Of a DNA stretch of 23,467 nucleotides, positions 1 through 8,444 are shown in pieces (positions within the stretch are counted from its first letter, which is position 1; every line of letters begins with the position of its first letter). The stretch is from Kofleriaceae bacterium. GTDB lineage: Bacteria > Myxococcota_A > Polyangia > Haliangiales > Haliangiaceae. Below the pieces are notes generated by a model that made no database searches, was not told the DNA's origin, and was given only the letters and a program-made list of their open reading frames with translations. The stretch is taken from NCBI GenBank assembly GCA_046597055.1, contig JBKJLC010000043.1, forward strand, positions 1 through 23,467, written 5' to 3'. A program made the translations under genes and the position numbers.

Positions 1-90
1 GAGGAGCGCGACGCCGCACTGATCCTAACCTTCGAGCGCTTCAAGTCCACCCCCTCGCTCCTCGCCGGCCATGTCGCCCGGTTTCTTTGA
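1..90 (+). CDS. Possible 3' end of an upstream gene (partial, hypothetical)
   Basis: Frame 1 is open from the window edge to TGA at 88-90 (EERDAALILTFERFKSTPSLLAGHVARFL*). No recognisable motif. Confidence 0.3.
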   Translation, partial: EERDAALILTFERFKSTPSLLAGHVARFL

Positions 91-105
91 TCCAGGCTCC
101 ATGCG

Positions 106-789
106 ATGCTGGTTAGCCTCCCAACGCCGAAGTTCCTGACGTTCGTCGAGGCCGACGCGCTGATCGCGGCGGCGACCCCCATGGACCCCTGGAAGGCCAT
201 GGTGATCGTCGCGGTGCGCACGGGCCTGCGGCACGGCGAGTTGACGGCGCTGCGCTGGCAGGACGTCGATCTCAAGGGCGGGAAGCTGTCTGTCGTCGAG
301 AACTACGTGGAGGGTCACACCGGCACGCCCAAGAGCGGGCATGGTCGCGAGGTGCCGCTTTCCAACGATGCCCTCAAGGCGTTGAGGTCCATCCGGCACA
401 ACCGCGGCCCGCTGGTGTTCTGCACGAAGCAGGGCAAGCACCTGGAGCACTGGGTCACCGACAATCAGCTTCGACTGTTCTGTCGCGCCGCCGGCATGCT
501 GCCGATCGGCTGGCATCGGTGTCGCCATACCTTTGCCTCGCATCTTGCGATGCGCGGGGTGTCGATTAAGACGATCCAGGAGCTGCTTGGCCACGCGAAC
601 CTCAAGATGACCATGCGCTACGCGCACCTCATGCCCGAGGTGCGTCGCGATGCGGTCCTCTTGCTCGACCAGCCCCCGCCGGTCAGTGACAAGGACGACG
701 TGCCGAAGCCGCGCAAGCCGAGGAAGAAGAAGCCGGAGCCGGCTGACGTGCCCGAGGATGCGGCGGATGACGAACCGGATGACGAGTAG
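106..789 (+). CDS. Tyrosine recombinase/phage integrase family protein, catalytic domain only
   Basis: All catalytic motifs are present: TGLRHGEL (R), TPKSG (K), WHRCRHTFAS (HxxR), LLGH (H), TMRYAH (Y). The ORF begins at the catalytic domain (KFLTFVEADAL) and ends in a Lys-rich then acidic tail. Confidence 0.9.
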   Translation: MLVSLPTPKFLTFVEADALIAAATPMDPWKAMVIVAVRTGLRHGELTALRWQDVDLKGGKLSVVENYVEGHTGTPKSGHGREVPLSNDALKALRSIRHNRGPLVFCTKQGKHLEHWVTDNQLRLFCRAAGMLPIGWHRCRHTFASHLAMRGVSIKTIQELLGHANLKMTMRYAHLMPEVRRDAVLLLDQPPPVSDKDDVPKPRKPRKKKPEPADVPEDAADDEPDDE

Positions 790-848
790 GGGCGGCGAGT
801 AGTCGCGCCGCGCCGGACCAACCAGACGAACCGATGGAGGAGGGTGAC

Positions 849-1463
849 GTGATACGCCTAAAAGCGGAGACGGATTTTTTCGCGGACGAGCCAAACGAGG
901 TCTTCGGACTCGTGACGAGGTCTCGCGTTGAGATTCGCCGGGAGGCGGGCGGGGACGGGAGCGAGGTGGTGGGCACGGTGTCCGCCGCGGTCATCCACTA
1001 CGGCGAGGCCGCCAACGTGGGCGCTTCGCTGTGCGCGGCAATGGGCGAGGTGTACGAGCCGCTCTACGAGGCGTTCTTCCACGAGGGTGGGTTGCGGGAC
1101 GTCTTCGATGCGATCGGTGATGGGCTCCTCTACATCGAGGCGATCGAGATCCCCGACTCTTGGCGCGAGCGCTCGATCGATCTCGCCGTCGTGCGTCGTC
1201 TGTCGGAGACGCTCGGCATGGGGTGCAGCATGGTCGTCCTCAACCCTGCCGAGCTGCGGCGCAGGTCGCAGTGGGGCCGGGTGGGCTTCTCCATCGTCCA
1301 CACGTTCGGTCCCGAGACGTACCTGGCCCAGAACCGGGGGCAGCGTGCGCCGCGCGTCGTAGAGGTCGAGGCCGATCGCTTCGAGGTGATCGACCCTCGC
1401 GAGGTGGACGCCGAGCCCGCCATCGAGCCGGCCGACGAGCCCCCCGCCGAGCGAGCCAACTAG
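849..1463 (+). CDS. Hypothetical protein, possibly a degenerate GNAT-fold protein
   Basis: ORF 834-1463. GTG at 849 has GGAGGAGG (836-843) upstream and is the likelier start. LLYIEAIEIPDSWRERSI resembles GNAT motif A, and WGRVGF resembles the C-terminal xxxxGF motif. Confidence 0.7.
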   Translation: MIRLKAETDFFADEPNEVFGLVTRSRVEIRREAGGDGSEVVGTVSAAVIHYGEAANVGASLCAAMGEVYEPLYEAFFHEGGLRDVFDAIGDGLLYIEAIEIPDSWRERSIDLAVVRRLSETLGMGCSMVVLNPAELRRRSQWGRVGFSIVHTFGPETYLAQNRGQRAPRVVEVEADRFEVIDPREVDAEPAIEPADEPPAERAN

Positions 1464-1478
1464 CGTCGTTTGGCGCCG

Positions 1479-1536
1479 CGTGGCAGCCCCGTGGCAGCAA
1501 ACGCCTCGCAAAATGCGTAACTATTGTGAACTATTG
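1479..1536. repeat. Two pairs of short tandem direct repeats
   Basis: CGTGGCAGC at 1479-1487 and 1490-1498; AACTATTG at 1519-1526 and 1529-1536. Confidence 0.75.
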
Positions 1537-1537
1537 G

Positions 1538-1580
1538 ACGGCCTCAGACATGTCCCCGGTCTGACGGGCCGTGTTATCCC
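1538..1580 (+). promoter_or_regulatory. Inverted repeat plus extended -10-like element upstream of puuD
   Basis: ACGGCC-TCAGAC (1538-1549) pairs with GTCTGA-cg-GGCCGT (1559-1572). TGtTATCCC at 1572-1580 lies 7 nt before the GTG at 1588. Confidence 0.5.
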
Positions 1581-1587
1581 GCGACCT

Positions 1588-2778
1588 GTGCAGGCCAACG
1601 AGCTGCTGGATGTCTTCTTTCGCTGGGCCCACCTGATCGCCGGGATCATGTGGATCGGCAACTCGATGCTCTTCAACTGGCTCGATCGCAACCTGATCGC
1701 GCCGCCCCCGGGCGCTGCCCACCGCCTCTCGCAGGGCAAGATCTACATGGTCCACTCCGGGGCCTTCTACGAGGTGGAGAAGAAGCTGCTCGAGCCCGGC
1801 CAGCTGCCCCAGGAGCTGCACTGGTTCAAGTGGCAGAACTTCCTGACCTGGCTCACCGGCATCTCGCTGCTGGTGATCGTCTACTACCTGAACGACGCGG
1901 CGTTCCTGATCGACCCGTCGGTCAAGGCGATGTCGCAGGGCGAGGCGATCGCCTGGTCGGTCAGCACGCTGGTCATGGGCTGGGTGGTCTACGACCTGAT
2001 CTGGATGACGCTCGGCAAGCGGACGCCGGCGATCGGGACGCTGCTCTCGTTCGTGCTGCTGTTCGGCGCCGCCTACGGGTTCACGCTGCTGTTCAGCGGC
2101 CGCGCGGCGTACATCCAGACCGGCGTCCTGATGGGGACCGTGATGACCGGCAACGTGTGGCTGCGCATCCTGCCGTCGCAGAAGGAGCTCATCGCGTCGA
2201 CGAAGTCGGGCCAGGAGCAGGACCCCACCCTCTCGGTCCGCGCCAAGCAGCGCTCGATCCACAACAACTACCTGACCTTCCCGTTGCTGTTCATCATGAT
2301 CAGCAACCACTTCGCGAGCACCTACAGTCACCACCTCAACTGGCTGGTGCTGATCGTGATCATGGTCGGCGGCGCCGGCGTCCGTCACTTCATGAACGTG
2401 CGCTACGCGGGCAAGGCGTGGCTGATGCCGGCGTTCGTGATGGCCGCGCTCGGCCTGGGCGGCATGGTGACGCTCACCCGCGTGCGTGAGGCGCCGGCGG
2501 TGACGGTCACCGGCCAGGTCACGTTCGCGCGCGCGCAGGAGATCATCATCGCGCGGTGCGCGTCGTGCCACAGCGCGCGACCGACCGACCCGACCTTCCC
2601 GATCGCGCCCGGCAACATCGTGTTCGACACCTCCGACCGCATCAAGGCGATGGCGGCCCGCATCAAGGATCGCGCCGTGGTGAACCAGACGATGCCGTTC
2701 CTCAACCGCACCGAGATGACCGAGACCGAGCGCGCCGAGCTGGGCGCCTGGATCGATCAGGGAGCCAGGCTCCAGTGA
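1588..2778 (+). CDS. puuD: Membrane urate hydroxylase with C-terminal cytochrome c (PuuD family)
   Basis: Family motifs RWAHLIAGIMWIGNS, VHSGAFY, LHWFKW, SGRAAYIQTG, RSIHNNYLTFP and MISNHF; multiple TM segments; haem motif CASCH; purine catabolism context. Start moved to GTG 1588. Confidence 0.92.
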   Translation: MQANELLDVFFRWAHLIAGIMWIGNSMLFNWLDRNLIAPPPGAAHRLSQGKIYMVHSGAFYEVEKKLLEPGQLPQELHWFKWQNFLTWLTGISLLVIVYYLNDAAFLIDPSVKAMSQGEAIAWSVSTLVMGWVVYDLIWMTLGKRTPAIGTLLSFVLLFGAAYGFTLLFSGRAAYIQTGVLMGTVMTGNVWLRILPSQKELIASTKSGQEQDPTLSVRAKQRSIHNNYLTFPLLFIMISNHFASTYSHHLNWLVLIVIMVGGAGVRHFMNVRYAGKAWLMPAFVMAALGLGGMVTLTRVREAPAVTVTGQVTFARAQEIIIARCASCHSARPTDPTFPIAPGNIVFDTSDRIKAMAARIKDRAVVNQTMPFLNRTEMTETERAELGAWIDQGARLQ

Positions 2779-4136
2779 CCGCGCCGTGGCAGGCCCGGAT
2801 CGACCGGGTGGTCCGCTCGCGCCGGGTGGTGCTGCCGACCGGCACCGGGCCGGCGGCGATCCACATCGCCAGCGGTCGCATCGCGCAGGTCGCGGCCTGG
2901 GACGACGTCCCGGCCGGGGCCGCGCTCGACGACGTCGGTGACCTCGCGGTCATGCCCGGCATCGTCGACACCCACGTCCACCTCAACGAGCCCGGCCGCA
3001 CCGAGTGGGAGGGCTTCGCGACCGCGACCCGCGCCGCCGCCGCCGGCGGCACGACCACGCTGGTCGACATGCCGCTCAACTCGATCCCACCGACCACGAC
3101 CCGCGAGGGCTTCGCCGCCAAGCGGCTGGCCGCGCGCGGGCAGTGCGCGGTCGACGTCGGCTTCTGGGGCGGCGTGGTGCCCGGCAACCTCGACGAGCTG
3201 GCCGGCATGGTCGAAGACGGCGTGCGCGGCTTCAAGTGCTTCCTGGTCGACTCCGGCGTGCCCGAGTTCGGCTGGGTCGGCGAGCCCGAGCTGACCCCGG
3301 CGATGGGCCGGCTCGCCGGCCTGGCGGTGCCGCTCCTGGTCCACGCCGAGGTGGCCGGCCCCATCGACGATGCGGCGGCCGCGCTGGTCGGCGCCGATCC
3401 CCAGCGCTACGCGACCTACCTGGCATCGCGGCCGCCGGCGGCCGAGGAGGCGGCGATCGCGCTGGTGGTGCGCCTGTGCCGCGCGACCGGCGCCCGCACC
3501 CACATCGTCCATCACTCGGCGGCCAGCGCGCTGCCGCTGATCCGCGGCGCCCGCGCCGAGGGCCTGCCGTTCAGCGCCGAGACCTGTCCGCACTACCTGC
3601 GCTTCGCGGCCGAGACCATCCCCGACGGCGCCACCGCCTTCAAGTGCGCGCCGCCGATCCGCGACGAGGCCAACCGCGAGGCGCTGTGGCAGGCGCTGGC
3701 CGAGGGCGTGATCGAGCTGGTCGCCTCCGACCACTCGCCGTGCACGCCCAACCTCAAGGCGATGGACACCGGCGACTTCGTCAACGCCTGGGGCGGCATC
3801 GCCGGCCTGCAGCTGGCGCTGCCGGTGGTGTGGACCGAGGCGTCGCGACGCGGCCACAGCCTCGACGACGTCGCGCGCTGGATGGCGGCGGGCCCGGCCC
3901 GGCTGGCCGGCCTGACCGGCCGCAAGGGCGCGATCGTGGTCGGCGCCGACGCCGACCTGGTCGTGTTCGACGACGACGAGCAGGTGATCGTGCAGGCGGC
4001 GGCGATCCGCCACCGCCACCCGATCACGCCGTACACCGGCGCGACCCTGCGCGGTCGCGTCCACGCGACCTACCTGCGCGGCGAGCGCATCTACGACGGG
4101 CACGAGGTCGCCGGCGACCTCGGCACGCTGCTGTGA
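2775..4136 (+). CDS. allB: Allantoinase (metal-dependent cyclic amidohydrolase)
   Basis: Motifs PGIVDTHVHLNEPGRTEWEGF, DMPLNSIPPTT, GFKCFL, VHAE, ETCPHYL, FKCAPPIR, SDHSPC and WGGIAGLQ. The GTG start overlaps the puuD stop (GTGA). Confidence 0.95.
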   Translation: MTAPWQARIDRVVRSRRVVLPTGTGPAAIHIASGRIAQVAAWDDVPAGAALDDVGDLAVMPGIVDTHVHLNEPGRTEWEGFATATRAAAAGGTTTLVDMPLNSIPPTTTREGFAAKRLAARGQCAVDVGFWGGVVPGNLDELAGMVEDGVRGFKCFLVDSGVPEFGWVGEPELTPAMGRLAGLAVPLLVHAEVAGPIDDAAAALVGADPQRYATYLASRPPAAEEAAIALVVRLCRATGARTHIVHHSAASALPLIRGARAEGLPFSAETCPHYLRFAAETIPDGATAFKCAPPIRDEANREALWQALAEGVIELVASDHSPCTPNLKAMDTGDFVNAWGGIAGLQLALPVVWTEASRRGHSLDDVARWMAAGPARLAGLTGRKGAIVVGADADLVVFDDDEQVIVQAAAIRHRHPITPYTGATLRGRVHATYLRGERIYDGHEVAGDLGTLL

Positions 4137-4145
4137 GGAGCGCCT

Positions 4146-5648
4146 GTGAGTGACCCCGAGACCCCTGCCTTCCTCGACCTGCCCGACCTCGCGGTCGAGA
4201 CCGTCGGCGGCGCCGCGCTCGCCACCAACGACGACTTCTTCGCCGAGAAGGAGGCCCTCTTGCGCGCCCACCCGGCCGAGTGGCGCGAGCACGCGTACAC
4301 CGATCGTGGCAAGTGGATGGACGGCTGGGAGTCGCGGCGGCGCCGGGACCCTGGCTACGACTGGTGCGTGATCCGGCTCGGCATGCCCGGCGTGATCCGC
4401 GGCGTGGTGGTCGACACCGCCTACTTCCGCGGCAACTACCCGGCCGCGTGCTCGATCGAGGCCTGCGAGATCGACGCGCCGCTCGACCTCGCCGCGCTGG
4501 CGACCGCGACCTGGACCGAGGTCCTGCCGCAAGCCGCGCTCGGCGGCGATCGCAAGAACCTGTTCGCGATCACGCACCCGGGCCGGGTCACCCACCTGCG
4601 GCTCAACATCTTCCCCGACGGCGGCGTCGCCCGCCTGCGCGTGCACGGCGAGGCGGTCCCGCGCTGGTCGCGCCTGACCGCGCTCGGCGGCGTGGTCGAT
4701 CTGGCCGCGCTCGAGCACGGCGCGGTGGTCGAGACCTGCAGCGACATGTTCTTCGGCTCGCGCAACAACCTGATCAAGCCAGGCCCGTCGCGGTCGATGG
4801 CCGACGGCTGGGAGACCCGCCGTCGGCGCGGTCCTGGCAACGACTGGGCGATCGTGCGGCTGGCTGCGCGGGGCGTGATCGAGCGGGTCGAGCTCGACAC
4901 CTCGCACTTCAAGGGCAACGCGCCCGGCCGCTGCGTGCTCGAGGGCACCGATGCGCCCGGCGTCGCCGCCGACCAGCTCGCTGGCTGGCGGGTGCTGCTG
5001 GCGACCCCGGCCCAGCCCCACACCCGCCACGTGTTCGACGACGAGCTGCGCCGGATCGGCGCGGTCAGCCACGTCCGCCTCAGCGTCTTTCCCGACGGCG
5101 GCGTCGCCCGCCTGCGGGTGTGGGGCGCGCCGGTCCTGCCGGCTTCCTACGGTGTCACCGCGCTCAACGCGCTGCCGGCCGCGGACGCTGCCGCCGCGCT
5201 GCGCCGCTGCTGTGGCGCGTCGCGCTGGGCCGAGACCATGGCCGCGCTGCGGCCGTTCGAGGACGTCGCCGCGCTGCTGCGCCAGGGCGAGCAGGTGTGG
5301 TGGTCGCTGGGCGAGCCCGACTGGCTGGAGGCGTTCGCCGCTCACCCGCGGATCGGCGAGCGCGGCGAGCGCACGCCCGGCTCGGTGTGGTCGAGCACCG
5401 AGCAGCAGGGCGCGGCGGTGGCCGCGAGCGACCTCCAGGCCGAGCTGGCGACGGCCAACGCGAGCTACGCCCAGAAGCTCGGCTTCATCTACATCGTGTG
5501 CGCGACCGGGCGCTCGGCCGAGGAGATGCTGGCCGACCTCAAGATGCGCATCGACGGCGGCCGGGCCGGCGAGCTGCGCACCGCCGCCGAGGAGCAGGCC
5601 AAGATCACCCGGCTGCGCCTGCGGAAGCTGGTCGAGGAGCTGTCATGA
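4146..5648 (+). CDS. alc: Bifunctional allantoicase / OHCU decarboxylase fusion
   Basis: Two allantoicase repeats (DGWESRRRR and DGWETRRRR, each followed by IFPDGG/VFPDGG-VARLRV) up to about 5130. A UraD domain follows (CCGASRW, AFAAHPRIG, STEQQG, YAQKLGFIYIVCATG, EQAKITRLRL). Confidence 0.92.
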   Translation: MSDPETPAFLDLPDLAVETVGGAALATNDDFFAEKEALLRAHPAEWREHAYTDRGKWMDGWESRRRRDPGYDWCVIRLGMPGVIRGVVVDTAYFRGNYPAACSIEACEIDAPLDLAALATATWTEVLPQAALGGDRKNLFAITHPGRVTHLRLNIFPDGGVARLRVHGEAVPRWSRLTALGGVVDLAALEHGAVVETCSDMFFGSRNNLIKPGPSRSMADGWETRRRRGPGNDWAIVRLAARGVIERVELDTSHFKGNAPGRCVLEGTDAPGVAADQLAGWRVLLATPAQPHTRHVFDDELRRIGAVSHVRLSVFPDGGVARLRVWGAPVLPASYGVTALNALPAADAAAALRRCCGASRWAETMAALRPFEDVAALLRQGEQVWWSLGEPDWLEAFAAHPRIGERGERTPGSVWSSTEQQGAAVAASDLQAELATANASYAQKLGFIYIVCATGRSAEEMLADLKMRIDGGRAGELRTAAEEQAKITRLRLRKLVEELS

Positions 5649-5977
5649 TCACGACCCACGTCCTCGACACCGCCGAGGGCCGCCCGGCCCGCGACGTCCC
5701 GATCCGGCTCGACCGGCACGACGGCGACGAGTGGCGCGAGGTCGGCGCCGGCGCCACCGACCTCGACGGCCGCCTGCGCACGCTGACCCCCGAGGGCCCG
5801 GTCGCGCCCGGCCGGTACCGCCTCGCCTTCGACACTGCCGCCTACTTCGCGGCCCGCGACGTCGACGGCTTCTTCCCGGTGGTCGAGATCCAGTTCACGA
5901 TCGTCGACGGCACCGCGCACTACCACGTCCCGCTGCTGCTCAGCCCGTTCGGCTACTCGACGTACCGCGGCAGCTGA
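5645..5977 (+). CDS. uraH: 5-hydroxyisourate hydrolase (transthyretin-like)
   Basis: MITTHVLDTAEGRPA, TDLDGR, FFP, HYHVPLLLSPFGYSTYRGS with the C-terminal YRGS signature. ATGA overlap with the previous stop. Confidence 0.96.
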   Translation: MITTHVLDTAEGRPARDVPIRLDRHDGDEWREVGAGATDLDGRLRTLTPEGPVAPGRYRLAFDTAAYFAARDVDGFFPVVEIQFTIVDGTAHYHVPLLLSPFGYSTYRGS

Positions 5978-6086
5978 CTGCCACCTGCGTCCGGACATCC
6001 CCGTGAGGTGCCGACGGCGGGCCAGGCGCGGCGGCGTACGCTCGTCGCCTCGTTCCGCCGGCCCCGGCTTCGTCCTCGGAGAACCC

Positions 6087-6457
6087 ATGTCGCTCGCTCG
6101 CCGTGCCCACCCTCGCGCTCGCGGTCGCGCTCGCCGCGTGCGCCAGTAACCCGCCGCCGAGCTACCCGGTGGTCGGCGGGCCACCCGCCGCCGCGCCCGC
6201 GCCGGCCGCGCCCGCCGCGCCGATCGCCAGCGATGCCGTCGTCGGCGACTGGACCGGCGACTGGGGCCGCCTGGTCCTGCGCGCCGATCAGGGCCGCATC
6301 CTCGGCGTCTAGAGGGACCCGCACGCTCGATGGCCGCTGGCGCTACGGCAACGACGGCGACTGGCGCGACGACTGGGATCTCGCCCGGGACCCGACCGAG
6401 GTCCCCGGCGATCTGCTGGCGCGCTTCGCCGACGCCTCGACGTTCGGCGCCGAGTGA
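6087..6457 (+). pseudogene. Disrupted small lipoprotein gene
   Basis: Frame 1 (6103-6312) gives lipobox LAAC, a Pro/Ala linker and GDWTGDWGRLVL..GV, then TAG. Frame 2 continues with TLDGRWRYGNDGDWRDDWDL..FGAE* to 6457. The SD-preceded ATG at 6087 is in a third frame. Confidence 0.55.
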
Positions 6458-6678
6458 TGGGGCGGTCGCCGCGCGCGAGCGCCCACTGCAACCGGCCGGG
6501 TGCGGTCAGCTGACGCCAGCCGGCAATTGGTTCGGCTTCCAAACCATGCGGCGGACCACGGGTGGCTGCTCGGGGGCATCGCTGCAACCGGTTGTCCGCG
6601 GCAACTCCCCCGGTCGCGCGGGTGGCGACCCGACGCGCCGATGCCGGGCGCGCGCACGTCATCGTGCGGAGTTGCGGC

Positions 6679-6694
6679 TGGCCACGACGTTGCA
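6679..6694 (+). promoter_or_regulatory. Sigma54-type -24/-12 promoter
   Basis: TGGCCACGACGTTGCA has exact GG-N10-GC spacing with TTGCA. ATG 6707 is 13 nt after the GC. Confidence 0.7.
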
Positions 6695-6706
6695 TTGCGG
6701 CGAGGC

Positions 6707-8365
6707 ATGCGTAGCCATCTCCTGATCGCCTCCTTGCTGCTCGCCGCGTGCGACGGGCCGTCCGACGATCCCGCGGTCGGCCCGCCCTGCGCCGGCAAGT
6801 GCGACGCCGCCGGGGTCGGTGACGTCGATGGCGACGGCACCTCGCTGTGCGTCGCGCTCCGCGGCAACGGCCCGCGCATCACGGCGCACTTCGGCGCGAT
6901 CGCGCGCGTTCTCGAGCACCACGGCCTGATCGACGGCGTCGCCGGCGGCAGCTCCGGCTCGATCACCGCCTTCCTCCTCGAGAGCGTCGAGTTGAACCCG
7001 GCGGTGTACGCGTGCGACGGCGGCTCGTGCACGAACCGCCAGGCCGGGGAGCGCGCGGCGTTCCTGATCAAGTCGCTGCGCGGCTACGTCGAGGTCCTGG
7101 CCGAGACCGACGAGGCGCTGGCGTTCGCGGCGGTCGGCCAGCTCGCCGCCGCGATCAGCGCCCGTGACGTCGAGGGCCTGCTCGCGCGCGACCCCGACGC
7201 GGCGGTCGCGGCGCTGCAGACGATCCTCGCCTCGCCGGAGCTGCGCGCCCTGGTGAACCCCGAGCTCGCCGAGGTCCTGCGCGCGTCGCCGAACCCGGCG
7301 TTCCACGCGCGCGACCTGGTCGACAGCGTGCGCGGCGGGTTGGCCTTCACGGCGACCGACCCGACGATGTTCGTGCGACCGGGCGTGGTCGCGTTCCCGG
7401 GCTTCGTCGCGCTGCTCGGGCAGCTCGGCACCTTCTACGCCGGCGGCGGGCCGGCGGATGCCGCGGCGCTCGGCCGCCTGCTCGACGCCTGCGCGCCGGC
7501 CGCGCGTGGCCTGCCGTGGACCGAGGCGAGGGCGGTCGGGTACGACGGCGGGACCTGCGGCGCGCGCTTCGGCGAGCTGCTCGCGCGCTGGCGGGTCGCG
7601 GTCCGCGCCGAGCCGGACCGGTTCAGGTCCCGGCTCGACGACCGGGTCGGCGCCGCGTTGCCCGCGCTGGTCACCACCGGCGTGCTCGAGGGTGACGCGG
7701 TCGCGGCGTGGCAGCGGGCCCGCGCCGACTACCTCGCGGCCCGGCCGGTCGCGCTCGACGTCCGCTTCGACGACGTCGGCGTGGGCTACTTCGGCGATCC
7801 GGCCGACCTCGAGCGGGTGATGCGCGCCGGCCAGCGCCGGACCGACGCGAAGGCGCGCAAGCGCCGCGACCTGGGCGCCGTGACCTGGCGGGAGGCGCTG
7901 GCGACCTCGCCGGCCGAGCCGGGGCTGTCGCGCGGGGTCGAGCTGGCCGACGGGCGGGTGTCGGTCGGTGGCTGGAGCGATCTGCAGCCGGTCCTCGTGC
8001 TCGAGGATCTCGGCTGCGACCAGACCATCTTCATCACCCGCGAGGGCGGTGCGGGCAGCTTCGAGACCGGCATCGCGCGCATGCTCGGCCTCGGTGACGC
8101 GGAGGCGCAGGCGCTGTTCGCCCTCGACGACCCGGCGTCGAGCTACTACCAGGCGATCGACGCCGCCGGTGGCGTCTGGTGCAGCGACTGGGACGCGCCG
8201 GCGGTGCAGGACCTCGACCTGATGACGTCGGTCGGGTACGACGCGCCGTTCGAGACGGCCGAGCCGTTCTTCACCGACGCGGTCACGCCCGCGCCCAACC
8301 TGGTCGCGCGGACCGGCGTGCCCGGCTGCACGCTCGGGGTCGCCGAGCCCGGTGCGCCCGAATAG
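6707..8365 (+). CDS. Secreted lipoprotein with a divergent patatin-like domain
   Basis: Lipobox MRSHLLIASLLLAAC and a GKCD motif. ALRGNG sits at the Gly-rich loop position, GGSSG is the GxSxG elbow (6944-6958), and SVGGWSD sits where DGG is expected. Confidence 0.65.
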   Translation: MRSHLLIASLLLAACDGPSDDPAVGPPCAGKCDAAGVGDVDGDGTSLCVALRGNGPRITAHFGAIARVLEHHGLIDGVAGGSSGSITAFLLESVELNPAVYACDGGSCTNRQAGERAAFLIKSLRGYVEVLAETDEALAFAAVGQLAAAISARDVEGLLARDPDAAVAALQTILASPELRALVNPELAEVLRASPNPAFHARDLVDSVRGGLAFTATDPTMFVRPGVVAFPGFVALLGQLGTFYAGGGPADAAALGRLLDACAPAARGLPWTEARAVGYDGGTCGARFGELLARWRVAVRAEPDRFRSRLDDRVGAALPALVTTGVLEGDAVAAWQRARADYLAARPVALDVRFDDVGVGYFGDPADLERVMRAGQRRTDAKARKRRDLGAVTWREALATSPAEPGLSRGVELADGRVSVGGWSDLQPVLVLEDLGCDQTIFITREGGAGSFETGIARMLGLGDAEAQALFALDDPASSYYQAIDAAGGVWCSDWDAPAVQDLDLMTSVGYDAPFETAEPFFTDAVTPAPNLVARTGVPGCTLGVAEPGAPE

Positions 8366-8444
8366 TCAGGGTACCTTACCAAAACCTGCCCCACCGCAGT
8401 TTTGACGCCCGTCAGGGCCATCGCCGCGTGTATGGTCCGCCGCG

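Larger units (their letters stand above)
1..1537. mobile_element. Probable right end of an integrated element or its remnant
   Basis: An integrase and a hypothetical gene are followed by an AT-richer segment with short direct repeats (1479-1536), then a metabolic operon. The boundary is inferred. Confidence 0.45.

Noticed and set aside
88..90. Readthrough of the in-frame TGA upstream of the integrase
   Set aside because: The upstream peptide does not resemble an integrase core-binding domain, and the context is not a Cys/redox motif.
1500..1590. Xanthine/purine riboswitch upstream of puuD
   Set aside because: No recognisable consensus, and the -10-like box lies downstream of the hairpin, so the hairpin is probably not in the mRNA.
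6310..6312. Pyrrolysine or other readthrough of the TAG
   Set aside because: The protein-like continuation is in a different frame, so readthrough would not restore it.
8402..8436. TTGACG as the -35 for TATGGT
   Set aside because: The 23-nt spacing is too long for a sigma70 promoter.
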